From: Octopus vulgaris | Lineage: Eukaryota | Assembly (NCBI GenBank): GCA_951406725.2 | Contig: OX597814.1 | Location: 97,464,001 to 97,528,000, forward strand | Reading direction: 5' to 3' | Length of the DNA stretch: 64,000 nt | Position numbers and translations under genes: made by a program | Notes under the pieces: model-generated | What the model saw: only the letters and a program-made list of their open reading frames with translations | Databases searched by the model: none | What the model was told of the DNA's origin: nothing | Shown: positions 36,450-50,970 of the stretch, piece by piece | How positions within the stretch are numbered: position 1 is the stretch's first letter | Layout: every line of letters begins with the position of its first letter

Positions 36450-39400
36450 TGTGAGTGGATTTGGTAGATGGAAACTGAAAGAAGCCCGTCGTATATATGC
36501 ATATATATGCGTGTGTGTGTTTGTGTGCCTGTGCTTGTTCCCCTAGCATTGCTTGACAACCGATGCTGGTGTGTTTATGTCCCCGTTACTTAGCGGTTCG
36601 GCAAAAGAGACCGATAGAATAAGTACTGGGCTTACAAAAGAATAAGTCCCGGGGTCGAGTTATTCGATTAAAGGCGGTGCTCCAGCATGGCCGCAGTCAA
36701 ATGACTGAAACAAGTAAAAGAGTAAAGAGTAAAAGAGTAAAAGAGTATTAAGGGGACGATATAGTTAAATCAGATACTACGCTATATGATATATATTACG
36801 ACTCATTGTGGCTTAGTGAGTTTGTAATATGACGCCAGGTACGTGCAGATAGTAACACGTTCAGTATTCAAACTGCACAATCGATCAATTTATGATAATG
36901 AACACATTCTTTTGCTACGTGTGTGTGGGTGTGTTTCATTTAGTTTTGGTTTTATAGAGCGGATATAACAGACTAGGTTGTGTGGTTAAGAAGCTCACTT
37001 TGTAGTCATGTGGTTTGGGTTCAATCCCATTGTGCATCGGCAACTTGGGCAAGTGTCTTCTACTATATACTCGAGTCGACCGGTGCCTTGCGAGTGAATT
37101 TAGCAGACGGAAACTGTGTGGAACTCCATCGTATATGTCTTTGTGTGTGTGTCCTCACACTGTTTGTCGTCCACGTAACATAACGGTTCAGCAAAAGAGA
37201 CTGATATAAGACTTAACAATAAATAAGTACTGGGGTCGACGATTTCGACTAAAAATCCTTCTAGGAGGTGCTCCAGCGTGGCCGCAGTCCAGTGATTGGA
37301 GCAAATATAAGATAAAAATAAGTAGGATACCCAGCCTCGGTTTATAGCTAAAAGATGATGATCAGTAGCATCCGTGTTTCCTATGAAAGAAAGACGGATA
37401 TATATCTCAATGAGGATTGTGATTGTAGAGTCTAGTAGATAGTAGAGTCTAGTAGATAATGCATTTTTTATCCAGCGGATAACATCATTTTGAAAGTCTA
37501 ATTTCTAAGAATACCGAAATGGGCCTGTTAAAATAAACAGAAATAGGTGTGGTAATATGCTATAAAAGCAAGGCGTTGAGCTGGCAGAAACGTTAGCACG
37601 CCGGGCGAAATGCTTAGCGGTATTTCGTCTGCCGTTACGTTCTGAGTTCAAATTCCGCCAAGGCCGACTTTGCCTGTCGTCCTTTCGGGGTCGATTAAAT
37701 AAGTACCAGTTACGCACTGGGGTCGATATAATCGACTTAATTCGTTTGTCTGTCCTTGTTTGTCCCCTCTGTGTTTAGCTCTTGTAAAGAAATAGGTAGT
37801 AAAGAAATAGGTATTTCATCTGTGTTTACGTTCTGAGTTCAAATTCCGCCGAGGTCGACTTTGCCTGTCATTTATTGGGGGGGGGGGCGGTCGATAAATT
37901 AAGTACCAGTTGCGTACTGGGAAGATCTAATCGACTGGCCCCCTCCCCAAAAATTTCGGGCCTTGCGCCTGGAGTAGAAAAGAATCGTTATCACCCTACG
38001 CAAAATGCTTAGCGGCATTCCGTCTGTCTTCATGTTCGGAGTTCAAGTTCTACCGCGGCCAGCTATGCTTTTTTTCATTCTTTTGAGGTTGATAAAATAA
38101 GTACCAGTTGAACACTGGGGTCGATGTAATCGACTTACCTCTTTCCCGGAAATGCTGGCCTTGTGCCAAAAGTTTGATATTAGCTCAGGCATGGCGATTA
38201 AGAAGCTTGCTATGAAACCACATGATTTCGGCTTCAGTCTTACAACGCGGCATTTTGAGCAAGTGTTTTCTACTATGGTCTCGAGCTGACCAATGCGTTG
38301 ATAATATATTTAGTAGACGGTAACTATATGGAAAACGTTCGTGAGTGTGTATGTGTCGTTGTATTTGTGTATATATATGTGTTGGTTTGTTTGCGTTCCT
38401 AACTTAGCCGTTCGGCAAAAGAGAGTACTATAAAATAAGTACTAAACTTTAAAAAAATAAATCCCAGTGGAGATTTATTCGTCTAAAACCTTTTGAGATG
38501 TTATCCTACGATGACTGAAACAAGTAAAAGAAAAAAAAGATAATAATGTAACTTATGTTATCATGACTAAAATCGATCCCTTGTAATTTCCCAGAAATAT
38601 TTCTAGAAATATTAAATCCAAATAAGGCTCAGATGTGACTGAGTGGTTAGAAGCTTGCTTCACAATCACATGGTTTTTGGTTCAGCTCCACTTCATGGCA
38701 TCTTCGGCAAGTGTATTCTACCGACCAGAAACTGTAAGAAGCCAGTCTCGTGTGTGTGTGTGTCTGTGTCTTCCACCACTACTTGACAACCTGTGTTGGT
38801 GTGTTTACGTTCCCGTAACTTAACGGCTCCGCAGAATAAGCACCAGGCTTGAAAAAAGAAGGTACTGGAGTCGATTCATTCGATTAAAAGTTACTCAAGG
38901 TGATGCTCCAGCATGACCGCAGTCTAATGAGCGAAGCAAGTAAAAGATAAAGGCAGCGTGGAGGAATGAATTATCATGGGGTTATAGTACCTTAAAATAC
39001 ATAAGAGGAATTATGGTTCTGGAGCCATTCGGACATGAATCAGCAGATTTATCTTCTGAAGTGATTCAGTTTTGACCATTCCGTATTTTTTCAGACAGTA
39101 AATATGAGAACACGTAATCAAAGTCTCTTTCGTTTTGAAGACAAGAGGGTGTGACTCAACTCTAATTCCCACAGGTCGGGCAACTACTTATAGATTTCTT
39201 AGTTGGCTTGCTGTAGATGTCGGGCCTCATTTTCATGACTAATTTCCTCTGGCAGCTTGTAGCAATAATAGCTTTAATTTAATATACGATCACTGCTTAG
39301 TTATCCGTTTACATTTTGGCTTTTGCTTTAAAATACCAGACCTTATTATTTTTTGTTTATTAGTTTTTGGCTATATCACCAAGTCAGTGAAACAGATGCC

Positions 39401-39920
39401 GGATTGCAGGCGCAGGCGTGGCTGTGAGGTAAGATGTTTGCTTCCCAAACATATGGTTCTAAGTTCAGTCTCACAACATCGCACCTTGCTCAAGTATCTT
39501 TACTATAGCACTAGGCCGAGTAAAGCCTTGTAAGTGGATTTGGTGGACGGAAGCTCAAAAAAGTGCGTTGTATATATATATGTGTGTGTGTGGGGGTCTG
39601 TCTGTCTGTGTCTGTATGTGTGTGTTTGTGTATATATACATACATACGTACGTATGTATGTATGTATGTGTGTTTGTGTGTGGCTGTTTGTGTGTGTACG
39701 TGTGTGTGTTTGTTTCTGTATGTTTGTGTCTGTCACCCACTACCGCATAATAATCGATGTTGGCCTGTATACGTTCCTGTAACTTAGCAGTTAGGCAAAA
39801 GGGCGATAGAATGAGTACCAGGCTTAAAAGATAAGTGCTGTTGTTGATTTGTTCGACTAAACTCTTCAAAACGGTGCCCCAGAATGGTCACAGTCTGAAA
39901 CAAGTAAAATATAAAAGAAC
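36450..39920 (+). mobile_element. Dense co-oriented SINE cluster (family B at 36450, 36975, 38185, 38625, 39408; family A at 37512-38170)
   Basis: Repeated family A and B consensus blocks with short unique spacers. Confidence 0.85.
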
Positions 39921-39944
39921 GATTGGCTATATATTCTTTTGCAT

Positions 39945-40100
39945 TCTAGGCACAAGGCCCGAAGTTTTGGTGAAGAGGGCCAGTCCATTAAATCGACCCC
40001 AGTACGCAACTGGTACTTAATTTATTGACCCCGAAATGATGAAGGGCAAAGTCGACTTCGGCTGAATTTGAACTCAGAACGTAAAGATAGATGAAATACG
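39945..40100 (-). mobile_element. SINE family A
   Basis: Reverse complement of the consensus. Confidence 0.8.
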
Positions 40101-40219
40101 ATTGGCAATATATTATCGAATCAAAGAAAGTGATGCCGGCTTATTAGTTACTGGATTTGATAGCACAAATGACACTTTTTCCTCTAAAAAAAAGTATCTC
40201 TGAACCTCACACTGGATCC

Positions 40220-41488
40220 AACAAAGCTGGGCTGAAAATTTCATAGGCTGATTATGAAGGTGTGATGCTAGAGCTGTGGAATTTTACATGCATTAACTCC
40301 AACCATTCTTATTAATAATGGCATTGATTCTTTCCAGATGAACTGACATCTGACTGTTTAAAGACTTCAAAAGTAAGTAGAAGCAGCATCTCTTGAAAAA
40401 TTGACAAAATTTGGCATCGTGATGTTATCAAGTTCCTACAGAAAAAGGGTTTAGCTTCCAAGGACATTCATACTGACATGGTTGCTACTTTAGGGGATGA
40501 CAATCCAGCTTTATTAGCAGTGTAAAAGTGGGTAGCTGAATTAGAAGTGAAGGTCTTGAAGATGATCCAAGGTCTAGATATCCTACAACTGTCACCATCA
40601 CGGAGAACACTGATCGCGTTCACCATATTGGTGATGGATGACTGGCGATTGACTATAAATCAAACAGCCAATGTTATTAGCATATCTCATGAGAGACTTG
40701 AGAATATTCTGCACAATAAAGTTAGCATGATGAAGGTTTCTGCTCGGTAGGTGCTACGTTTTCTGACACCTGATCAAAAACGCACCAGGCTGATCACATC
40801 ACTGATCGTATCTGAACAGTTTGAGGCAGTTCCTGCTGGTTTACGTGAACGTTTCCTATCACAGGTTGAGTGATGAGTTCATCACTTTGAAACAGAGACA
40901 AAGAGACAATCCATACAATGGAAACACCCCTCTGCTCCAAAAAAGGTGAAGGTCATTGAATCTACAGGGAAGGTGATGGCTTCAGTTTTTGGGGATGCAA
41001 AAGCATTGTGCTTATTGACTATCTTCAAATGGGCCACACCATCAATGGAGAGTTCTATACCAACTTGCTGACGCACTCACGAAAGGTGATCACTGACAAA
41101 AGAGGTCTTTCATCAGGACAATGTTCCGGCACACAAGTCCTTGGTTTCAATGGCTACTTCATATGACTGTGGCTTTGAACTGGTTAACCACCCACTCTGT
41201 TCTCTTGATTTGGCTCCATCTGACGTCATCTGTTCGCTAACATGAAAAAAGAAAAAAAGCATTTGGCTGGGAACCAGTATCGCAGTAATTATGACGTCAT
41301 ATCTGTTGCTGATGACTTTTTTAACAAACAGGATGAAAGCTTCTTTACCAATAGGATCCAAGCATTGCAACGCTGATGAAAGAAGTGTGTGGACCACAAA
41401 GGGGATTATGTCAAAAATTAAACCTCATTAGGTCACATTCCATGAGAGAATCTGGACCAGACTATAAACTTTTCAGCTGAACTTCGTA
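40220..41488 (+). mobile_element. Full-length mariner (DD34D-type) transposon, pseudogenised
   Basis: TIRs gctgaaaatttcataggctga / ccagactataaacttttcagc; motifs VSAR*VLRFL (WVPxxL), HQDNVPAHK, HPLCSLDLAPSD (YSPDLAPSD); about 1.27 kb; terminal TA on the right. Confidence 0.92.
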
Positions 41489-41865
41489 TGTGCAAACTTG
41501 GGTCTTCCATAAACTAATATTCCATATTTTCATGTACTGAAAACTTGTGTATGTGCTGCTGAAACTGAGGTGCGTCTACTATGCCTGTGTGTCTGGTATG
41601 CTATCAAATACAGTTATCAATTGTTGGTAAGATGACGGAAGAGAATAACGAAATTACGTAAACTTTAAAATTTGGTATTTTTGGGGAAAAGAGTTGATCA
41701 TATGAAGAAGAAAAACAATAAAAATGGGCGAACCAATAAGCACAACATTTTAACTAATTAATCGTTAAATCTCTGTAATTTACGGTAAAATATTTTGTCT
41801 AAATCAATCAAATATATTTAACATTTGTTTCCTAAAAAAAATATTTAGAATTCTAACATGCAGAA

Positions 41866-42625
41866 AGGCGTAAGGGTGGCTGTGTTGTAAATAGCTTGCT
41901 TACTAGGCATATGGTTCCAGGTTCAGTCCCACTGCGTGGCACCTTGGGCAACTGTCTTCTACTATAGCCTCGGGCCGACCAAAGCCTTGCAAGTGGATTT
42001 AGTAGACGGAAACTGAAAGAATCCCGTCGTATACACGCCAGCTCAATTTGATTCGTTCTCAGTCGAAAGACACATGTTGTTCTTTTCTTGTTGTTTGTAT
42101 TTGTAATTGTGTACCATGTCTTTGTTACCGTACTCATTCGCTAGCTTTCTTACAAAAAATCTAATACTCTTAGCTTACTTTTTGGTGGGGCAACCAGATC
42201 GAACTGTCTCAAGTGTAACTGCCCGAAACAGTAAGGACTTCTGGTAATTTGACTGAGGAAAGAAGGCCACGAATGACCCGTCTTTTTTTTTTTTTTTTGT
42301 CCTTCTAATTGTTGTTTCTCCTGTTCACTTTTGTATCGTCTATCTGTCCGAATGTTTTATTGTCCTCTATTACGTTTTTGTTCCATTTTTTAATATTTAT
42401 ATATGTGTGTGTTTGTGTGTGTATATGTGTGTGTGTGTGTAATTATGTTTGTCCCCCCAAACTATCGCTTGGTGTGTGTACGTGCCCGTAACTTAGCGGT
42501 TGGGCAAAATACATCGATAGGTACCAGGCTTACAAAGAATAAGTCCTGTGGTCAATTTGTTCGACTAAAGGCGGTGCTCCAGCATGGCCGCAGTCAAGTT
42601 ACTGAAACAAGTAAGAGAGTAAAAG
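41866..42625 (+). mobile_element. SINE family B split by a Penelope-like terminal-repeat insertion (about 42030-42400)
   Basis: Head and CORE-like part 41866-42030, tail 42420-42625; insert has hammerhead-like gggca...tgcccgaaacagta. Confidence 0.75.
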
Positions 42626-42704
42626 AGAGGGGGAGAAGATGAGAGATGTTACGTACAAGTATGGTTATGTTACACAGCATCATATATCATGTTTTCGTTA
42701 ATTA

Positions 42705-45456
42705 TTTTAGGTACCTATGTTACCGCTAGCAACAAACATCTTCCAACTCTTGAACCAGTGGAACATTGAGGTTGTGACTAGCTAATTAGGCAGCCGCTGT
42801 CAGGGGAGGTAAATGCGTCAACAAAGCCCCCATCCCCACCCTTAGACCGGAAGCGGTCGAATAGGAGTAATGTAGACGGAGTAGGTGTGCGCTAGGAGGG
42901 CACAGAAGAATGAACAGTTGTATGAACAATTGAAAAAAAAATACAATGCAAGTATGTACAAGGAAAACGTTCAGCAAAGGAAGGCGCCCAGTCAAATAGA
43001 ACAAAGTATGTGTACAATGATACAGAAAGAGAAAATATGAATGCGGTGTCTATAATAACATAAGTCTATTCTCCGGAACAGTCACTGGCGAGTTAAAGTT
43101 AAGAAACGTAAATAGTCAGAAAATTTCTTTGGCCAATGAACCGATCTGCCAGAACGTGTCCTGTAAAGTGAAGAATGCGTTTGTGTAGTTGGTCTTTTGG
43201 TGAGTGGAGGTGGTGCTTTTGAGGATGGGGGTGGTAGTGTTTGTGGAATGATGGGTGTGTCAACAAGTGACAAAAATGTTTCGAAAAAGGCTTTTTGTAC
43301 TCTGTCGATAGAGACAGTCTCATTTTTTTTCCGTGAATGTCCATAGTGAACAGTTTCGGTGTGCTTCTAAGAACGCGAAAGGGTCCAGTGTAGGGAGGTG
43401 TAAGTGGTCACTTGACGGCATCATTTCTTACAAACGCGTGGGTCCAAGTAGAAATATCCGGAGGTACTAGAAGAAATAGACTGGTCGCGAGGTAGCAAAG
43501 AATGAGTCGCGTGACGTAAGATGTGGGGTCTGCATTCGGTAAGTCGACGGGCGCCAACATTTATCCAAAAAGTGCTAAGGTGGTGCCATACAGGAGCTCA
43601 GCGAAGGAGTAGCCTAAATCCTCCTTGACAGCTGAGCGGCACCCTAGCAAGACAATGGGGAGAAACTAGGACCAATGATGAGGATCAGGAGCCGCGCGAA
43701 TAGCGGATTTAAGCTGGCGACGGAATCGTTCCACTATACCGTTCGCAGCGGAATGGTAACTTGTGTAGATGAGCTAAACTCCGAGCAATCTCGAAAGCTC
43801 ACGGAACAGACAAGCTTCAAATTGGTGTCCATGATCAGTAGTAATTCTAGAGGGTACTCCGAAGCGAGATATCCACCCGGGGATGAGTTTCTGCGGAAGT
43901 GCCCACGAGGCCATGTGGAGAAACGGTCGATGCAGGTTAATATATAAGTAAATCCGAAACTGATCAGCCAAGGACCAACCTGGTCGATGTGTATGTGATG
44001 GAGCCTGGTGTCCGGTGGCTGGAGACGAACGGCGCGGTCGGTAAAAAACTGGAGGTCCCTTAGTCATGATGAAATGTCTCGTGAAATGGGCTGGATTTGA
44101 CGGATGAAATGACAAATCAGTCAACGGGGGAAACAACTGACGTGCCCAGCGCCACCCTACGTAGTTTCCTTGAGAATAGTAAGAGCAGGGCTGTGTACAC
44201 TTTTCGGCCTGGTCCTTAAATTTCCTATGGTACCAGCAAGTTGATGAAGCAGGAAGTGTGCGTCCGCGCGAGGAAGGGTGGCACCGGGTCCTCCCTGCAG
44301 AATAGTTCCGTGAAGACAAACGATCCCTGCACATGCGTGCAACTTGACGTGTCAGTTCTCCAATGGCCTGTAAGATTTCAGAGGATTGCGTGTCGTCCGA
44401 AGCAGAAGTACAAGCTCGAGAGGAGGACGAAGAAGCGCATTGAGGCAAAGAAAAAGGGCTCATCTTGGACGATAATAGGAAACGGAACGCCATGAAGAAC
44501 AAGCTGGTCGAAAGAAACGACATCGAAACACCCTGGTTGAAAGACACGACGAGCATTGAACTAGGAATTTTTTTTCAATAGTAGAGGATGAAATAGAAGT
44601 CCTTGCTAACGGATGAAGAGCAAAACAATGGCCAAGAAGTGGATAATCCGGATAGGATTGAGAGAAAGAAACTCATACCTGGCACGTAGGAAAAATTGTT
44701 ATCCATGTAAATTCTGGAGAAAATTCTGGATAATTTTTTTTTTTTACATGCAAGAAGAAATTCTCCTGGGACGTTGTGTCTTCAAAGGATCAAGTTGTAA
44801 ATTCAGTTACAACACGTGGAAAAAATTCATGTGCAGTTTCCTACTTGAAAACGGCGCCAAAATTTTCTGGTGAGGAAGACAATATGGCGACGGGAGAGAT
44901 CAGTGGTATGTTCCTATACGACGAAAGGCGGTCTGGTCGCGTAGACGAAGTCGAGAAGGTGTAAAAGGAACACGTATCTACTGGTCAGAATTTGTCCGGG
45001 ATTCATCATTTTAGAAGAAATTGTGGTCTGTGCTGCGTCAGGTCACCATTTTAGGTAGTCTTGTTCTACGCCGGGTTTGAATAAGGGTTGTGGAACCATC
45101 TAGATATGACTCTACTCAGAAGGCTGTAATATCATTTGATAGGAACACGGTACAAAGAAATACATAGAACAAGTCTGCAACCTCAAATACCTTTAATGTC
45201 GGCCTCACATATATATACAAGCTGAATGATACATGGAAATGATTTGATGCATGGAGGCCATAATCCTCTTCTATGCGTTACCTCTTGTCTGCTAGTCGCT
45301 GCGTATCGTAAGAGAGCCAGTTAGGTCACGTCTTCACAGTCTGCGTCTCGATGCAAAAGAGAGGAAGGGTTGAGTGTCTGAACCTTAATGTTGTATGTGC
45401 CCGTTATTGGCCAGCTAATTAGGCAGCCACCGTCAGGGTAGGAAACTGCGCCAACA
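42705..45456 (-). mobile_element. Gypsy LTR retrotransposon, CsRn1-like, internally deleted
   Basis: Gag CHCC motif CWYHRKFKDQAEKCTQPC; integrase WISRFGVPSRITTDHGHQFE; PBS TGGTGACCTGACG at about 45036-45048; PPT at 42826-42841; both LTRs begin TGTTG.CGCA.TT.CC (45456 and 42823). Confidence 0.88.
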
Positions 45457-45619
45457 AGCTGAACCTTCTCTCAGCTGAAATACATTTTCAGTTGAGCCGA
45501 CTGGTGTAACGTAAAATGAAGTGTCTTACTTAAGAGCACAACACGTTGCCCGGTTCATACATACATACATACATACATACATACATACATACATACATAC
45601 ATACATACATACATACATA

Positions 45620-45860
45620 CTCTACTTAAGAAGAGATAAAGAAGGTAGAGGCTTGAAATCAGTGCAGGCAGCCTTCGAATGTCGTATAGCCTGTCTCAGA
45701 CAGCACTTGCTAAACAACAGCAGCAAAAATAAATATATTAACTTAGTGCTGAAAAGTGAAGAGTACAATCCCAAAACAGCCAGTGTAACATACATCAACG
45801 AAGACCACCTGGATGTAAAAGCTCAGCATAACAAAATAACGACCAAGCATGGTAATGTTT
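45620..45860 (+). mobile_element. R4/Dong-type LINE fragment (post-RT region)
   Basis: LYLRRDKEGRGLKSV resembles RLYLPRxEGGRGL. Confidence 0.65.
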
Positions 45861-46389
45861 ACTGAGGTCTTGAAGACAGTAAGATCGAGATGAAGCGAAA
45901 CCTCTCTTGAACTCGTTACCATACAAACTTGAAGTCGAAATTTAATTTTGTTACCTTTTAAGAAATCGAAACTCTGATAATAAAATAACCGGTCTGAAAA
46001 TTTAATATATTCGCTGTAAGCTGTAAAACGCCCCAGATTCCTCTGAAGTTTAGTTTTGTACCAATAATCATACAATATGTATAGAGAATATTTATTTGTA
46101 AACACCAATTTGAAAAAAGTAGTTATATCAACGAAAATTTGTCTGTGCTCAACTCTGTCTATTCTTTGTGTTCTAAGCACCTTGTGTGAAATTATACAAA
46201 ATGAAAATTTTATTATTGAATAACATGAACTGGCGCCAGGCATTGATTCAAAAGCACTAAACAGGCGAATTTCTAAATTCTGAAAAATAACCTTTCAAAC
46301 AAAATTATTGATGTGAAAATAATAGATGAATCGACATCATTTTCTGAGTAGAAATTCTATAATTGCCTAGATACATAAATATGTTTGTA

Positions 46390-46750
46390 AACATGGCTGT
46401 GTAGAAAGAAGTTTTCTTCCCAACCATATAGCTTCAGGTTCAGTCCCGCTCCTTGGCCTCTTGGGCAGGTGTTTTCTACAATAGCCCCTGGTCGAATGCC
46501 TTGTGAGTGGATATGATAGACGGAAAATGAATGAAGACCGTCATGCGTTTTGTGTGTGTGTGTTCACATATCCATTGACGACCGGTTGGTTTTTTTACGT
46601 CCCAATAACTCAACGAATGGGTAAAATTGACGGATAAAATATCAGCCTTTAAAAAATTAAGTATTGGGGGCGATTTGTTCGACTAAAATCCTTCTAACCA
46701 GTGCTGCAGTATAGCCGCAGTTCAATGGCAGAAACAAGTAAAAGATAAAA
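46390..46750 (+). mobile_element. SINE family B, degenerate
   Basis: Matches the consensus. Confidence 0.78.
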
Positions 46751-47569
46751 GGTATAGGTGTATATATATATATATAGATATATATAGATGTGTGAAGTTA
46801 GAAATGTGTTTAATATTTGCGCACTCAAAACATGTTGCTTCTTTAAGAAAATGATATGCGTTACAAATAAAATAAATCGTAGTCGCTTTAAATGTACAAT
46901 GAGCGGGGCCGTCTTGGCAGCATTATAGGCCTCCAGGCAAAATCAATACACTGGATCCTATAGTATTTATTTATTGACAGAAAGTCAGAGTATACATAGA
47001 TCAGACTTTGGCCCCTAGGCTTTTGCGGTCTCCGAACAACCGCTCAGTGCACCCATGTCTTAAGATGATGCTGACTGTGAGATAGGATGCAGGGAAAATG
47101 TTGATGAACAGAATATGATCGGTGTGAGTGAAGCATACGTATTAGAGAATTTTGAAAACTGTAAAATAAAGCTTACCAGCCAATCAGATTACTTTTTACT
47201 TTTCTTTTGAATAAATCTATGTCGTGATAACTAGTTGGTGGTTAAAATATGAAGTGACCATGCTCACTGTACAGAGATTCTTGTGAGAGAAAAGAAGCAC
47301 TCTTAAAAGTTATGTTATGATGTTCAGGGAATTTAGCAAAAGTTATTACACGCTTTTGTAGAAGATTTAAATGCAATAACAAGAAACATCTCTGAAGGGA
47401 GTTGGCTCGTTCTCATAAAGATAAGAAAAATAAAATTCAAAGATATATTCTTAAAAGAATGAAAAGTGTAAAATAAGCTCCTGGGAAACTATGATGAATT
47501 CTAAGATGAATGAAACACGACAAGTCTTACTAGACCTAGTCCTTTCCAGTTACTTCAAAAGAAAACATA

Positions 47570-48135
47570 CACACACACACACACGGTTTTGATCTGCGCG
47601 AGGCAGTGGGAGTGAACCCCAAACGACCTGGTGACCACGTATTTATGTATGTGTTTGTGTTTGTTTCCTGCCACCGCTTGACAACTGATGTTGATTTGTT
47701 TGCGTCTCCAAAACTTAACAGTTTGACAAAAGAGATCGATAGAGTAAGCATCAGACTTTTTAAGAAATAAGTATCGGAGTCGATTTGTTTGACTAAAACC
47801 TTCGAGGTGCTGCCCCAGCATGATCGCAGTCCAACGACTGAAACAAGTAAATGATAGGACATATATACATAAGGTGTGTGAGTGTACATATATATATATG
47901 TACACCAGCGGCGAGCTGGTAGAAACGTTAGCACGCCGGGCGAAATTCGTAGCAGTATTTCGTCTGTCGTTACGTTCCGAGTTCAAATTCCGCCGAGGTC
48001 GACTTTGCCTTTCATCCTTTCGGGGTCGATAAATTAAGTACCAGTTACGCACTGGGGTCGATGTAATCGACTTAATCCCTTTGTCTGTCCTTGTTTGTAC
48101 CCTCTATGTTTAGCCCGTTGTGGGTAGTAAAGAAA
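47570..48135 (+). mobile_element. SINE family B (degenerate) followed by SINE family A (47906-48135)
   Basis: Consensus matches. Confidence 0.82.
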
Positions 48136-48178
48136 TATATATATATATATACATGAATACATATGTGTACGTATGTGT

Positions 48179-48223
<45 letters not shown>

Positions 48224-48244
48224 TGTCTGCATATTTATATACAG

Positions 48245-48435
48245 CGACCGCGTGTGTACCGTTGGCGATTTTTTCCTCCGTCTTCCCTTCTTTGGATTTT
48301 TCATTTTCCTATGTTTCTGACGAAGAGCTCCGCTCGAAACGTTAAATCCTCCTTCTTTCTTTCCTTTCCTGAGCGTCCAATAATACTATACTTGTTCCAC
48401 GTCTTCGCGTTGTTGTGTTTTCATTTTGGATTAAC

Positions 48436-48437
<2 letters not shown>
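48245..48437 (+). mobile_element. Penelope-like solo terminal repeat
   Basis: T-rich unit between microsatellites, carries a hammerhead, same layout as 28330-28520 (minus). Confidence 0.65.
48313..48347 (+). ncRNA. Minimal type I hammerhead ribozyme
   Basis: gttt-CUGACGA-a-gagc-tcc-gctc-GAAAC-GUU-aaat. Confidence 0.75.
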
Positions 48438-48467
<30 letters not shown>

Positions 48468-48883
48468 CATACATACATACACAGACAGACAGACATACGT
48501 ATATAAGGGCGCAAGATGAGCGTTTTGCAGTCATGAGGTTCTGGATTCGATCTCAGTATGTGGCATCCTACAGCTTCGGGACGTCTCATATGCCTTGGGA
48601 GGGAAACTGGGTCGATGAAAACTGTACGGAAGCCCGTAAAATAGATTGCACCTAAAATTAACATTGTCTCGTGTTGGCATACAATGTGTCATGCTAATTC
48701 CGTGTACACATGCCTGCGGAATTTTTTACTGCTAACACGTTAATTTAATGAGCGGGCGATGAAACAAGTGTATTCATGTATACACACATATACAGGGAGA
48801 GGGGCAGGGAGGGACGGGGGAGATATGGTTGGAGACGGGGAGTGAAAAGAAAACATAGTTTTACAATTGCATGTAATTCTTCA

Positions 48884-49030
48884 TTCCGACCACAAAATGT
48901 CCTCACAAGGCCGTCCTTTGTCAAAGCCCAAAAGCCAGTTGTACTTTGTAGTTTTTCGGTCAGCCTTCAGGGACCTTGACAAAGACAGTTGATTTATAAC
49001 CTGTTTGGAAAATACTTTTTGTGGTCGGAA
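48884..49030. mobile_element. Small MITE-like element
   Basis: 14-bp perfect inverted repeat ttccgaccacaaaa / ttttgtggtcggaa. Confidence 0.5.
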
Positions 49031-49144
49031 ATGCAAAGATGAAATGATATATATGTATGTATATATTATAGTAAAGCTATATTTTATGTTCTGTATTGTT
49101 GACGCTTTCTTCTGTTTAAGTAATCTACAACAATTCTCGATAAC

Positions 49145-50042
<898 letters not shown>

Positions 50043-50568
50043 AACTGATGTAGGGTATAGAGGATCTTCAATGTCAAATAGAAGGGCGCATAAAGACGGG
50101 AACGTGTTGTCCACTTGCAGTATTGATGGATTAACGAGTTAACTATAGTTTGTTATTTACATTTTGTTATTTTGGATTGGATATGATTTCACTGAAGCAA
50201 CATTTTCTTAATGTCATACATCTACAAGCAATATCCATGAGATAAAATATGTATTTAAGGTATGTCAACATATTTAACGCCTACATAAAGAAATACATTA
50301 CTATTTCCACGTGGTCAATCAATGCCGCAGACTCGAGTGACAAAAAATAGAAAACTTTCTTCAGAGAATCTTAGGTTGCTGAAGGTCATTATACATGACG
50401 GAACCCTAAAATGTATAGAATTTGACAAAAGTTCTTTTTTTCTTTTTAGAGAAATCTTTCATTTGATATGGATGACAATTGCTTGCTTCGACAATTATAG
50501 CTGGATATGACATGATATTAATTCCATGATTCAGTTTGTAACCATCTTTATTAGGATAAATAGAGTAC

Positions 50569-50571
<3 letters not shown>

Positions 50572-50649
<78 letters not shown>

Positions 50650-50654
50650 ATACG

Positions 50655-50721
<67 letters not shown>

Positions 50722-50781
50722 GCATGTATGTATCTGTGTGTATATATACATATATATAATATAAAATATAAATATGCATAA

Positions 50782-50812
<31 letters not shown>

Positions 50813-50862
50813 ATATAAATATATATAATATATATACATATAATATATATACGTACATATAT

Positions 50863-50894
<32 letters not shown>

Positions 50895-50970
50895 GCATTA
50901 TGTATATATGTATGCATGTATGTATGTATGTATGTATGTATGTATGTATGTATGTATGTATGTATGTATG
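50572..50970. repeat. (TA)n/(TATG)n array
   Basis: Direct reading. Confidence 0.97.

Noticed and set aside
43774-44556. 260-aa minus-strand ORF as a host gene
   Set aside because: Mosaic of Gypsy Gag, pre-RT and integrase fragments
48881-49000. Possible phase-0 second exon on minus (VINQLSLSRSLK...ILWSE*)
   Set aside because: Lies within a 14-bp TIR-bounded MITE-like element and has only a modest acceptor; the joined peptide is unrecognisable
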